From contig CM120642.1 in the NCBI GenBank assembly GCA_051362555.1, positions 8,928,001-8,992,000 of the forward strand: a stretch of 64,000 bases of DNA, written 5' to 3'. Each line of letters begins with the position of its first letter. The stretch's first letter is position 1. A program made the position numbers and the translations under genes. Under the pieces are notes generated by a model, which had not been told where the DNA came from, made no database searches, and saw only the letters and a program-made list of their open reading frames with translations. Below are positions 1 through 12,713 of this stretch, one piece after another. Origin of the DNA: Lingula anatina. Taxonomy: Eukaryota > Animalia > Brachiopoda.

Positions 1-197
1 ATCTTCAGATAGATTCGAAGTGTCTTTGGCAATTAAGGTACCCATTCAAGGTATCCATTCTAGGTGCGCATCCACACAGGCGTCTTATTTATCGGCAGTA
101 CTTTTTAGTTGGCAAATTATTTCAAATATTCATTCAATATAGTAAAATCTCTTTCTGAATTGAGTACTGTATCTCGATATAAATATATTCACTGTAG

Positions 198-303
198 GTT
201 AGCATCTATGCAGGCGCCCTCTTTATCCAGCTTGCCCTGGGCTGGGACATGTATGTATCCATTGTCGTCCTGTTGGCTGTCACTGCCGTCTTCACCGTGC
301 TAG
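198..303 (+). CDS. SLC5A exon ([36 protein letters not shown])
   Basis: ctgtag acceptor, gtaggt donor, SGLT-like TM segment. Confidence 0.9.
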
Positions 304-3300
304 GTAGGTCTACTAGCATTTCCAGTCCCCCGCTATCTAGGTCATTGGTCTACTAACATTTCCAGTTCTCCTCTATCCAGGTCGTTGGTGTACTCTAGGG
401 AATGCGCAGGATGTCCATATTTTCCTCCTGTGAGGAAAAAGGAATGATTTGTATATATCTTACGTGTATTACTGTTATTATATGCAATTAAATGTCTGAG
501 ACTAAGGTAAAGCTAAATAATGGGAACATGCTTTTAGTATGCAGTAGACATTTCTGGTGATTTTACTCTAGACATTCTTACTAACGGAATGTTAACACAA
601 CTGTGTGTTTAATTTTTCAGCACATATAACATGAATGTTAAATATAAAATGGACAGATTATATATTTTAAAAACGTGTGAAACGATTCAGCTAAAAATTA
701 CGTGAATTCAGAATTTAAAAAATGCAAAATCGAATGGGCTTTTGGTTGAACATGAAATAATACCACTCATTTTGTCAAAAGCCTTTTTGGATTTCACTCT
801 ACAAACACTTGTTCCAAATATTGTTTATGTCCTCTCAGATATATCTATAAATCCAGTAATATTTCGTCTACGGTTTTATCATCCTTTCAGGTGGACTAGC
901 TGCGGTAATATACACAGACACCTTTCAGACCATAGTCATGATGATAGGGGCGGTGGTGCTTATGGCCATTGGTGAGTGTCGTCATCACGCCCAAATCAGC
1001 ATTTCTCCGAGGTGTTTAACCTATTCCTTGTTAGTCAGATTTCCCCTGGTCCATTTAGTAATAATCGAATTTCCGTAGTTCGACACTTCGTACGTCTATT
1101 GTTTTTCATGGAACGTCTTGTTATATTTGCTGTACATGAGCATGTCGTAGCTAACTTGCAATTAAAATTTAAAATTGCACTGAAAATAAGTGAATTAGTT
1201 TAACACAGAATATGATACATCTTTCATTGATGCTATATATATATATATTCAGGCTTCGTAAAGGTGGGAGGTTACAACAACCTTATCCTGGCGTACACGG
1301 CTGCAGTACCGACAGTACGTGATCTGAACTCCACGTGTGGTTTTCCGCGGGAAGATGCATTCCACATGTTCCGTGACCCGGTGACCTCTGACCTCCCATG
1401 GCCTGGCCTCATTTTACAATCCACCATTGGCTGTCTCTGGTACTGGTGTGCTGACCAGGTGAATATGGATTGATATTGAATACGGATTGATATTGAATAT
1501 GAATTGACATTGGATATGAATTGTTATTAAATATGGATTGATATTTACAATTTTCGCCACTTTGCGCGTATGTTAATGTATTATTAATATTATATTATAA
1601 ACCATAAACTTGAGACAGTTATTGATTAATTTCACTACATACTGACAGCAAAAATAAGAAATTTTAAAATCAAAAACAAAAATTCTTTTAACAGTTTTGG
1701 GAAAATTAAAATTTCCAGCTATATTAATTTCGTGTTTTATATATATAGACCTAAAGGTATATAACGTGCTCAGTATGTGCCTTTAATAGAAACTGAGGAT
1801 GTTGTTAAACGCCATTGCTTGATGTTATTTTCAGGTCATAGTTCAACGTGCCCTTGCAGCGAAATCCATCACTCACGCCAAGGGCGGGGCAATCCTAGCC
1901 GGTTACCTGAAACTCCTCCCTATATTCATAATGATATTGCCCGGAATGATGGCACGAGCTCTTTATCCTGGTGAGTGAAGATGTAATAAGTTTTCCGCTA
2001 CTCAATGTGTACAGTCACTGGTGGATCCGGGATTTTGGTAAGGTGGAAGGGGGGGCACAAAGATTTTGCTGAGCGAAGCCACATGGTAAATCATGGTAAA
2101 CGGGGACAAATTTACCGTGACATGTAGGTTTAAACAATTGCGTGGCTTTGTCTCGTTTTATTTGGTATAGTGTTTTTGGGGGAGAAGGGGGAAGGTGAAG
2201 CCTTGAAAAATTAAGAATTTGCCGAGACATGGATTTATGTGTAGTTTTAATCCCTTGTATCCCTCTTGGATTTTATTCTAAAACTCTGTGAATAACTCTA
2301 AAATCCTCTTCATACCGACGCCAATGAAAACGTGGCCTTCATCGCTGGCAGAGGTAAATGTCGTTTTTGTCATTTTTTTTTAGTTGTTTTCTTGTTGTTT
2401 CAGAGGAGGTCGCGTGTGTGGATCCTGCAGAATGTGAGAAATACTGTGGCAATCCGGTCGGCTGCTCCAACATCGCTTACCCTAAGCTGGTACTTACTCT
2501 TTTGCCAGTAGGTGCGTACGTTAGTTAAGGTTATATACGTGCATTTTCAATAGTGATCTTGAAGGAAGCTTTACGATTTTCCCGGAGTAAACGATTACAG
2601 TATTTTGTGTTCAGGTCTGCAAGATTTTAGGTCACAGTGCTGATTTTAAGAACGGCAGATTTACGTATTAGGAATTTGATATTATGATAGATGGGACAAT
2701 GTGTGATTTACCTAGTTACAGTAGTACCGTTCTTCAAGGGGAATGCCCCTGCTCTCCCCAGTTATTATAAAGAAAGGGAAAGGTCAGTCAAGAACGCTTT
2801 AAGGTGTTGGCAAGGGTTATTCACATGAAGAAGCCCTCTCAATCGGTGAAATATACTAGTTAATCAATAAGACACAGTAGGTTCCCTGCATAACTACAGG
2901 TACCAATTCCATAATACGCAATTCCAGGTCTGAGAGGACTGTTAATGGCAGTAATGATGTCAGCTATCATGAGCTCTTTGACTTCAATCTTCAACAGCGC
3001 CAGTTCTATCTTCACTCTGGACCTGTGGAGACGATTTCGCGGGAAAGCAACTGAACGAGAGCTACTCATTGTTGGACGGTACTACATGTAGAAAATCATG
3101 AGAGGCATACAATTCACCTAAGACCTTTATACATAAAAAATGGAACTTTCCTTGGAATTTTCAGAAATTTCAACTCCGCCATAAATGCTACATGTATTAG
3201 TAGGAGTCAGTTTGAATGTCCTAAAAACATAACGGTTATGATGGAGAATGAATGTTTTAATTAAATTGCTGTCAAGGTTCATATACACTATTGCCCAAAA

Positions 3301-4751
3301 TGGTTGGCACACGGAAATTTTGAAAATTTTGAAAATATCGCTTGGATTCTTTCATTATTATTGATATTATTAAAAATATTTACGAGAATGCCGTAGGAAA
3401 ACTTATTTTTTATGTTTTACGTACTGTATCTCTAATTTTCCTATTAAACCTCTTTCAGAGTGTTCATCCTGTTTATGTGTGTGATAAGTATACTATGGAT
3501 TCCGCTGGTAAAATCATCCCAGGGTGGGCAGCTGTTCATCTATATCCAGGCCGTGCAAGGCTACCTCGGCACGCCTATCGGGGCTTTGTTCCTATTAGCA
3601 ATAGCGTGGGGAAGAATGAACGAACAGGTATTTCATAGTCTTGGCTGGTTTTATTTTCAAAGAGCTTCTAATGTCGGTTCTACACGTGCTTTGCAAACAG
3701 GCGCAACAGCTTGCCAAGGGAAATGGGAAATACTGATAAAAAGTTTTTAAAGGAAGTGTTTGAATCCTTGATTGGCTCTTTCAGGGTGCATTCTGGGGAA
3801 TCTTGGCTGGTCACACGTGCGGAGTCATCAGAATGATTCTTGACTTCAGTTTCCCAGGCCCAAAATGCGGTGAACCAGAGACCAGACCAGAAATTCTCTA
3901 CAAGGTCCACTATTCCTATTTTGGTTCCTTGACCATCGTGGTGACAAGTTTGGTCACTATTGTGGTCAGCTTGCTGACCAAACCACTGGATCAAAGGGTA
4001 AAGCATGCTTTGGTACATTTTTGTATTCCGAAATTGGAATAGGCTATTACTTTTTATTTGATTAAACGTCCAAAATTCTCTCTCATTCATTTTTAAAATG
4101 TAGATTTTTTGTAATGAGACAAAAAATCTCTTATTGTTTTGTAGAATTTTAAGAAGGTAAATAAAAGCATGGAAGGGTCTACTGTTTTACTCCTCTATCT
4201 TATCCTTCATACATGTACGTTACATTAGTATCCCCCATTCTCCTAAATCAACATTGTTTACTTCATTGATTACCACGTATTTTTTATGTTCTAGAATTCA
4301 GGGGTGAAAGAGGGAAAGGTTGTCCAACTTAAGCAGGTAATAACACGGGTTTGAGAGCCTCGGGGAAGGGATTTATGTTATCAATATGAAGCCACCGTCT
4401 ACACATAAAAACACAATGTCTGTCTCACCTAACGCATTTTTCTACCCAGCTTTGTGGACTCACGTGGAAAACACGGTGGGACGCATTCAGGGGAATACAA
4501 GCTGGTTCTCCTTCTGATGCCGTTGACGTGTCCAGCTACGCCTCGGAGACCGGGGCTCCTGATTACAACCCGGTTCCTATGGTGGCCGTGCAGAAATCCC
4601 AAGACACAAATTTAGAAAAAGAAACGAAGTCTGAAACGGGTATCAACGGCATGAAGGAGTTAACAGCGAAAGAGCAAATATTAGGTAGGACAAGAATTGT
4701 TCAATACATTTTGCTAAATTGCAGTTTCTTTTGCTTGATGTTTTATAAAAT

Positions 4752-4805
<54 letters not shown>

Positions 4806-5742
4806 CAGTTGTTGCTACTAATCATACCTTACTATTTATATAGATGGGTGTTCTTTTTTCCCCCTGCTCATTCTTATTGATAATTATTTTTGCAAAATGA
4901 ACCGTCATCAGTTGGATGATGGACATGACCAGTTTATTTAGTGTTATTCATTAGTTTATGCATTGCAATCCGCGAAGCATTGGCCTAACTCTCGGAGAGA
5001 ACTAGAATGTCCCAGTTGATACAAAAAACGGATGGACAGTGATAACTCGTCTTTTTTAAAAAAATCAAAGGGATAATTTGCGGGTATATATACACCAACC
5101 ATACTCTACATTTTAGAAATATACAACGGTATCAGAAAAACACCGTGAACAGCTTTCGTCAGCACTGAAGCAAAATTGTGGTAATATTTGTTTTGTAGGA
5201 TATTGGTTTTGATTTTTGTCTGATTCCACTGCACCTCACATTCGGTTGTTAAAACCTACAAAAATTATTTCAAAAACCAGCTATAGCACTTCATTATTGA
5301 ATACTGTTACTGTGAAAGATATTTGTTCAAAATAATAACATAGAAATAAAAAAACGGCTCAGTGCAGCTTTATATTCTTCGCGGTTTTGGTAGGGTAATA
5401 TTACACTGCAAATAAGGGGACCTACATGTACACGGATTTAACAAAGACACGTTACAAAGACACGCACAATTCAAATGAATGTCTCTTAAATTTTCAGAGG
5501 GTACAGAAGAAAACAAGATCGAGCACCAGGAGGAGTCGATGTCCACAGAAACAAAAACGACCATTTTACGACATTGGGTCCACTTCGTTTGTGGCATACC
5601 GGAAATAGCTCAAGCCAGTGTAAATGATGCAGCCGTTAGAATGGCCGCGATGATAGAGAGTTCAAAGTGGAGATTTATTCTCAACGTCAATGCCGTTATT
5701 GCATTGGCCATAATGATGTTTTTGTGTGGGTTTTTTGCATAA
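198..5742 (+). CDS. Spliced sodium/glucose (or myo-inositol) cotransporter, SLC5A/SSF family; 3' ten exons, 5' part lies upstream of the window
   Basis: Exons 198-303, 891-971, 1253-1458, 1835-1970, 2404-2511, 2928-3078, 3459-3627, 3785-3997, 4450-4684 and 5498-5742 all have AG/GT boundaries with compatible phases. The joined translation contains [71 protein letters not shown] and a C-terminal TM helix ending GFFA-stop. The exact paralogue cannot be assigned. Confidence 0.95.
891..971 (+). CDS. SLC5A exon ([27 protein letters not shown])
   Basis: tttcag acceptor, gtgagt donor, SSF signature motif. Confidence 0.93.
1253..1458 (+). CDS. SLC5A exon (FVKVGGY...[21 protein letters not shown]...WYWCADQ)
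   Basis: attcag acceptor, gtgaat donor. Confidence 0.93.
1463..1545. repeat. Intronic 17-bp minisatellite (atatggattgatattga)
   Basis: About five imperfect copies just after the exon donor. Confidence 0.75.
1835..1970 (+). CDS. SLC5A exon ([45 protein letters not shown])
   Basis: tttcag acceptor, gtgagt donor. Confidence 0.93.
2404..2511 (+). CDS. SLC5A exon ([36 protein letters not shown])
   Basis: tttcag acceptor, gtgcgt donor. Confidence 0.93.
   Translation, partial: RRSRVWILQNVRNTVAIRSAAPTSLTLSWYLLFCQ
2928..3078 (+). CDS. SLC5A exon ([50 protein letters not shown])
   Basis: ttccag acceptor, gtacta donor. Confidence 0.93.
3459..3627 (+). CDS. SLC5A exon ([30 protein letters not shown]...RMNEQ)
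   Basis: tttcag acceptor, gtattt donor. Confidence 0.93.
3785..3997 (+). CDS. SLC5A exon (GAFWGILAG...[11 protein letters not shown])
   Basis: tttcag acceptor, gtaaag donor. Confidence 0.92.
4450..4684 (+). CDS. SLC5A exon ([10 protein letters not shown]...variable cytoplasmic loop)
   Basis: acccag acceptor, gtagga donor, LxGLTW motif; donor position less certain. Confidence 0.75.
4753..4798. repeat. (TAT)n microsatellite
   Basis: Direct observation. Confidence 0.95.
5498..5742 (+). CDS. SLC5A terminal exon (...WVHFVCG...[21 protein letters not shown]-stop)
   Basis: tttcag acceptor; typical SGLT terminal helix; TAA at 5740-5742. Confidence 0.92.
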
Positions 5743-6953
5743 ATTACAATGTAGGCAGTGTGTGGCCTGTGTGTAACATTGATCTCAGGCTCATAAGAAT
5801 GGCATCAGTTTGTTTTTTCGTAAGGATTTCTAAAAAATGAAATACTGTAAGGATTTCTAAATAATGAAATACTAATTAAATTGTATTTTTATTCCTTTTT
5901 TGATTCAAAATCTTATTGGGCCTCAAACTAAATTTTGTTTGGTTGCCACGTTAATACCATAACAGAACAGTCATGTGTCACTTTCTTGTCCTGAATACCA
6001 AAACGTTTTATGCAAAATAGGTGCTCGAAGACGAAATGAGCACTATCATGTAAACTATGAAATTTCCTTTACCACGTATGTATAATCATAGTGAGCTTAA
6101 TGATAATGTTACATTCACAAAAATAAACTATTGCCGAAACCACATTTTTTTATTTTGCAGAGCCAAAATTTTTGAAACATTTTTGATTTCATAAATTAAA
6201 TAAAAGACATTATAACCTACACTAAATTCCGCTCGTTTCTCTTTGTAAGCGCCTGTCGGCCAAATTTATGTTAGCTTGATTGGATACTTTAATTCGATTC
6301 TATATAATTCTAGATCAAAATAACGGTAAAGTAGCACGATTTGAAACGCCGCCATGCGACATCTAACTTGAAATTTTAACAAGTTTTTTATACTCATTTC
6401 TACCGTATTAAATATTTTCTTATATTTACAACATGACAATCGTTTTGTATCGCGGAGTATTATCTAATTTTTCATAGTCGTGGGGTGGGTATTGTGAAGT
6501 CCATTTCACTCATACGCGTACATGTAGGTTGCACATTCAGATTGAGATGGCCACGAAAGTACTTGGAATCTTGGTTTACGGGGATGCAATCGATAGATGT
6601 GCTATTTCACCGTAATTTGAATATATCATTTAAATGCCCTAACATATGACAAAATATTTAATTCACGGTCATCACACCGATTTCCATCTATTGTTGAAAC
6701 CATGAGTCACCTACCCTATCCCGATAATTACGACAGCCACACGCACCTTATTTCTAGTACAAGTACTAGTATATAAACTACGTTCTGCGCTAATTGTGGA
6801 GAAAACTTTGGAAGATCAGTGTGGCCACCCTAGCACCCTCAGCAGACGAGACAAGTTTTACTTGTGACATATTACGAATAAAACTGTGGTATGGAGGAAA
6901 TGATCACGCCCCTCACAACTGTCTGTATGCAGTAATCAATATATCCTGGCATA

Positions 6954-7177
6954 GACTGGGTTCCCACAGATTTAGATCGGTCCATCTGGATCGACATAAC
7001 TCCCTGAGGGTTCACGCTAAATTGCTGTCAGCTTCCCGGAGCCGAGCGCGCACAAAAGTTAATTACCCCCTTACAGCTTTTAGCAGGCGGGACAGACATT
7101 TAAGCCGGTTAAGCCGACAGCAATCTAGTGAGACTCCCCAGGGGGAGAGATCGATCTAAATATCTGTGGGGATGGTC
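6954..7177. mobile_element. PIF/Harbinger-type (Tourist-like) MITE
   Basis: Imperfect TIRs (ttcccacagatttagatcg / cgatctaaatatctgtgggga); inverted homologue of 44922-45135; absent from the copy-B site near 40735. Confidence 0.7.
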
Positions 7178-7324
7178 TCATACATTCTGTAAACCAAATG
7201 TAAAGCGTCTTTGAAAGTATGTTAAACACATCGAAAATATGCCTAAATCATTTCAACGCCTACATATCCTGCAATTCAGACCGTAAAACCGATATATCCC
7301 CATGAATAAAAAATAGCAGATGTC

Positions 7325-8550
7325 ACTCTATTGCCGTGAACATTCTCGACTATTTTCACACCCGAATCCTCGTTTCCCGTTGTCATCAATCATGTATAGG
7401 GGAGACCGGGGCTAGTTGGCCCAGTTAGACACTTTTGGCCTTGTAGAGCCAACTAGGAATGAGTTAGAGTAACAAAACCGGTTTCAAAGTAAGCCTCATC
7501 AACTAAGCTACGTATGCAACGTCATTATTTTTCAAATATAATGCCAGATGGCTCACAATTTGACAAAAAACGCAGTTGACGTCAGGGGGTGCCAACTTGC
7601 CCCGCCACGGGGCAAGTTGGCCCCCTATACAAAAATGGAGTAAATATCCCACGTAAACGCCTTGCAATACATTTTTATACATTTTTAATTTATTAAATTG
7701 ACTTTTGAGAGTCTCTGATGAATAAATAGTTCAAATGAGGTAGATTTATTGAGGTTTCCGTACGTCACGTTGTAGGGGGGGGGGTATGTGTTGCAAGAAG
7801 CAGAATATCTATCGATGAATTTGTTTTATTTTAATAAAGAATTGATTAATAATGGTATAAAACAGGTTTTTAATGAATGAAAACGAATAATAAATTTTCG
7901 TTTTAAAAGAAAGTAACATATTCAGTTTTAAACCATTGAGTTTGTTTCAACAATGGCCTCTAGCTGTGTTGCGCGCAAAGGTTTGTGGGTAATATGAGGG
8001 TCCAACTTGCCCCGAGTCAAGTGGGCCAACTAGCCCCGGGTGCACACTTTTTATTTTAAAGGATGGCAGCCATTTATGGTGCTAGAATGAGCAACGATGA
8101 TACGTCTCTGTGAAACTTGAAACATTGAGCTTCAGTTTGTTGCCCTATACATATATTATATTCGATCAAAAGCCTATGAAATAGATTTTTAAATCTCTTT
8201 AACAAAATTACTTTTAGGTGCAAAAATACTTTATTTTGACTCACCGCTTAAGTAAAACTTTTTAACGTCCGACACCTCCTTTGCATTGTAGGCTACGGTC
8301 ACTTTACAAGAGTATGTGGCCAATTTTTTAACTTCGTAGTTACTTTGTCATAAATTGACGGGGGGCCAACTTACCCCGGGGTCCAACTAGCCCCGGTCTC
8401 CCCTACATTGACTCTTCTTGAAGACGAATGGGCGGCAATAAAGGTTACAGTTTTATTAAAGTAGCTTGCCGTAAAAATCAGCATAAAAATAATCAATACA
8501 CTGAAAAAACCTTCCAGTTTCCTCTAATTTTCTCGCTTGAAGGATAAAAC
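7325..8550 (-). pseudogene. N-terminal remnant of the DxD/GT-A-like gene (paralogue of 41300-42474), interrupted by a MITE and missing most of the catalytic region
   Basis: 7325-7398 plus 8404-8550 align with 42270-42500; about 1.4 kb of copy B (40.82-42.27 kb) has no counterpart here. Confidence 0.8.
7399..8403. mobile_element. 1-kb non-autonomous DNA transposon, Tc1/mariner-pogo type
   Basis: Perfect TIRs GGGGAGACCGGGGCTAGTTGG / CCAACTAGCCCCGGTCTCCCC; TA on both sides; internal CCAACTTGCCCC motif repeats; absent from the paralogous site near 42350. Confidence 0.93.
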
Positions 8551-10044
8551 TAGAACAATCGATGAAAATGTATATACAACATTGGTCAAAAAGGTTGTCC
8601 CACCCCCATTTCCATGTACTTTTATTTACAAATGATCACCTCACAGCTGTGAACTGTTAGAAATAGTGCTTTTTATTACGGATACCGTGTCTAACATGAT
8701 TAATGGTTAAAAAAATACAAAATAGTGGTGAAAATATACACATTTTATACCATTTAGTAAAATTTATAAGAGGTACCCCCTCAAATCGACTGTTTCACTG
8801 TGACTTCTACAGATGTAAAGAAATTGTCTATAAAATTGAAAAGACGCCATCAAATGTCACCAAATTCACACACAATTAGCATTAGGGTGTGCTCGTTAAA
8901 AATTACGTGCCTAACAGCGTGTGCGTCTACCGCGTACTGCAATTATCTCCTGTAGACGGCGGCGACAAGCCTTCAACACGGGTTAGCCTATATATGTTTG
9001 TACCTGTAGATCACTGTTGCAAAACCCTTGACCTCAAGCCTAAACGGCAAACACATTATTTGACCACTCGCACTGAATAGGAACGAAGGTAAATACCAGC
9101 AATTTAGCTGTCAACTGTATTTTTTCTTCGCAAGTGTCAGTTTTTATAGTGGTAACTACCAATGAAAAGATTAAATAGGAGGAATGTGTGCCCACTGAAT
9201 AATTTGCACTGGTGTACAGTATTGAATATCCCCTGTCGAAAAAGAACATTTAACAAGGTAGATCGGTAGATGATTTTAAGTGCCGCTTGAGGTTCATCCT
9301 AGTTTGGATTTGTGGTGTGGTATAGTCTTACTTATACCTCTGTTTAATTCCCCTTTGGAAAATGATATTCAGGGATAGGTCCCTATGGGCGTGCACAGTA
9401 CTACGACTGCAGCTGTTGTTGAAAGCCCTGAGATAATGATTAAAAAAAAAAGCTTCTAGGTCACTCGCCTAGGTCGTGTTGCGGTGTCTGGGTGTCCCTT
9501 TCTGTACTCTGATTAGGTGGGGGACGAAGGCGGTAATATTAAATTGTGGTGTCCTCCCTCGTAGAACAGCTGAATGCTAGACGCCGATTTAGCAGGGGGT
9601 CTTTTATCTTTACATGATTTAATGGGCTTTTAATTCTTTTAATTTAATGATTGTATGGAGTTTTTTTATCTTTACATAATTTAATGGACTGTGTTCGTCC
9701 GTGAGGGTGGTCGATTCTAATTTTTACATTGCGTTTTCTGCCATCTATCCATTGTATAATACAGCTGGTATAAGTCATTTGAGTTAGGAACGTGAAACGT
9801 AGCATGATTTGGGATGTGGAAGGGCACTTTGGATTTTTTTTTTACTTTGGGTGTGATCCTAAGGGCGGTTGTATCTAATATGACATTGTAATTTCTGCTA
9901 TCTACCTTTAGACAATAAAAGATAGGAACGTAACGTTATGGGGATTGAAAAACGTACCTGTCTTTGGGGATGTGTATATGGATCTTTTTACAACGTAATT
10001 TCTGCCATCTACCCTTAGGCCATTAGAATAACGCAATTTTTTCC

Positions 10045-10820
10045 ATGCCTGAAATTAACTATCTGAGTTTTATCCTCATTCAGAGTCAGCTGCCATTTAT
10101 GAAACCACTTGTACACTACATCAAGCATTGCTTGCAAATCTTTTTCATTTTTTCATTCCCAGCTACCGAAGTACAACATCATCCGGATAAAGAAGATAAC
10201 AGATCAGATCAGCTCCTACATTAATGCCCTTAACCAGTGCTTTAACACCATGTACCAAATCATTTATATACTATTAGATGTCAAAAAGTAAGGGTGACAC
10301 CAGACACCCCTCTTTTACTCCAGTATCTGTGTCAAAGAAGCCTGTTGTATAATTATTAGCCCTAACACAACACTTGGGTTTACTATATGAGGCCTGATGG
10401 AAATTCATGAAATTTCCGCAAATCCCCAACTTGTTAATTTTGTCGAATGCTTTTTCTTGCATCGATGTAACACGCATATAGGTTTTGATTTTGCTTTAGA
10501 CCATTTTCTTTAATACTAGACATTATACACATACAGCTGATCCAAACACCCTCGATCTTGTCTAACCATTTTGCTCGTCAACTATTATTTTATTGTCCAT
10601 AGCCCTTCTGTTTAGTACATGTATAAATGTGTATATCTATATGCTAGATGCTTATGTTATTCCTCTGTATGCTGGTGGATCACATACATGTAGATTAACA
10701 CAATTACCCTTAGGAATTGGGGTTAATAACTTAAACCAGTCACTAGGCACGACTGAATTAGCAAAGCAGAACCTAAATAAAATATGTAGAAATCTAATAG
10801 TCGCCTTTTTTTCAGAACCT
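10045..10820 (-). mobile_element. Degenerate LINE (CR1/L2-like) reverse transcriptase fragment
   Basis: KAFD...GICGNF...TGVKEGCLVSPLLF motifs with frameshifts; paralogue of 44100-45480. Confidence 0.85.
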
Positions 10821-10825
10821 TTGTA

Positions 10826-10960
10826 ATCCTTTTCCTGTGTTTGGTGCATTGGAGTTGCCGATAAAGATCTAGTAGGCTGGGTTGAAGATGAAGTTGCTGA
10901 AATGCACGATGCGGCCGAGGCAGGGACAGGCTTTGGTCTGGGTGGCTGCACTGCTCTAAT
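10826..10960 (-). mobile_element. Fragment homologous to the tail of the Crypton-like element at 49.5 kb, inverted
   Basis: QPPRPKP...SATS...RSLS..PM.Q..EKD matches 49485-49615 on the opposite strand. Confidence 0.6.
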
Positions 10961-12449
10961 TCCTAGGTGTGAGAAAATGTTGCATGGTGCATGTGTCAGC
11001 ATTTTCAGTCCCTTTGTCTGCACGGATAATACTGGTGCATCCTTTATGTTCATCTACAGTCTCCATAAAATAACCTCTATAGTTCTCGCGCCTTACTAGT
11101 CCTTTCTTCTTCAGGATCCTTTTAAGAGTTCTTTTAAGAACTCAGTAACACTTCATGCTTTGCACTAAGACTAGATACAATGTCTTTATATTTGAGTCCA
11201 AGATTAAAGTAAAGCGTAATGAGATCGTCTCTACTCATGTCTGCCATTTTGACTGAAGTTGGTTTGTGATTGGCCAATTAACTAGAGCGCTCGAGATAGT
11301 AAGTCGAGCGCTCGAGATAAAAAACAAATTTTTGAGTGAGCCCTGCGGGGCTCCGTATATTTGCGCGCGTTAGCGGGTTATGCCGTTGTGCAGTTATTTT
11401 GTTGTCCACTGGCCTAAAGATATATATAACCGGTTTACTATATGTCCCGCTTATCCTGTTACTTGGGTCACGACAGGTCATTCTTCGTTATTCTTCAGTC
11501 AGTCGTCACTCGTGTGTAAATTTACTGTAAGAATAAAGAAGCTGGTGATCGATTTGCAGTTTAGTCTATGTGTTATTTATACTCAGCTTTAATTGGAGCA
11601 GTCGACAGGAATTTGCAGGCTATGGTTCCTACTGATGTCAATGAGATTGACGGTGAAAATCAGTGAAATCTAGCCTAAGAAGAGAAGGTACCTTGGAGGT
11701 GGGCGTGGCTGATAAAGAACCCGATCTCACCAGACCTCAACCATGACGTGTACCATTGTTAGCAGACTATATCAACTGTTGTGCCCTCTTGGTTCGCGAT
11801 TTACCAGAGTGAAACGATGTAATGACTGTTATGGCCAACATTGCCTTTCCAATAGCGATAAGATAATTCAGCCGAGAACCCCGTATATTCGTTCTGTATG
11901 CACTCGGGCTGTTCAGAGGCCGACGATTTTCATTTACTGTCGTAGCGCCTGTTAGTTGTGTGAAGATACACATAGTGCTCATTAACCAAATTTAGAGAGA
12001 CTGTTGACGACATTAGCTCTCTCGTCAAGAATCTTAACACACGTAAGTGCGGAGAGCTATTGTTTGGACGCCCTCTTCTGACGTGTCATCACCCGTTTGC
12101 TGTGAGCTACGAATCCGGAGGAGATCGACAAGGACTCGAAAACGGCCTATTGTTTGTTTCGAGACATCGCTATTCGCACTATCACGAATCCGGTGGAGAT
12201 TGACAAAGACCTGAGAACAGTACTGCTGTTTGTTTTGAGCCATCCTCAGTCGCAAGACCACGAATCCGAATCAACATCCACGAACGGAGACCTGAGAACG
12301 GCGCTGGTGTAAATCAAAAACGAGATCAACCGCCGTCAAGGAGGATTCAGTGATATTTTTGACGTATGTAAATGAACATTTGCGAATGGATATTGTTTAT
12401 TTGACTCATTCACCGTGTAGCGATTTGGGGTGAGTGCAGAAAAATCACC

Positions 12450-12522
12450 GACCAGACCAGGAATCAAACCCGGGACCCCTCGCTTACAGGGCGAGTGCTC
12501 TTACCTACTAAGCTACCCGGCC
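12450..12522 (-). tRNA. Second tRNA-like copy in the 3' LTR, B box mutated to GGTTTGATTCC
   Basis: Same sequence as 12641-12713 apart from one B-box substitution. Confidence 0.6.
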
Positions 12523-12640
12523 GGTTCTACCTGCCCCTGGCACTACACTCCTCCCACCCAAATGCCGAAAGACGCGAGCCCTATCTCGCAACACCGCTGC
12601 CACCATTGTAGCGATTTGGGGTGAGTGCAGAAAAACCACC

Positions 12641-12713
12641 GACCAGACCAGGAATCGAACCCGGGACCCCTCGCTTACAGGGCGAGTGCTCTTACCTACT
12701 AAGCTACCCGGCC
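12641..12713 (-). tRNA. tRNA-like (Thr-TGT-derived) Pol III unit in the 5' LTR; probably not a translational tRNA
   Basis: GGCCGGGTAGCTTAGTAGGTAAGAGCACTCGCCCTGTAAGCGAGGGGTCCCGGGTTCGATTCCTGGTCTGGTC: A box, intact B box GGTTCGATTCC, stem CTCGC/GCGAG around loop CCTGTAA (C instead of the usual U33), downstream T5. Confidence 0.7.

Noticed and set aside
4528-4825. Poly-Tyr and poly-Asn ORFs
   Set aside because: Read-through of an SLC5A exon into an intronic (TAT)n microsatellite, and its antisense
12450-12713. Pair of genuine tRNA-Thr genes, or a tandem SINE dimer
   Set aside because: Both copies lie inside TG...CA LTRs with PBS, PPT and TSD; the anticodon loop lacks U33; the site is empty in the duplicated block
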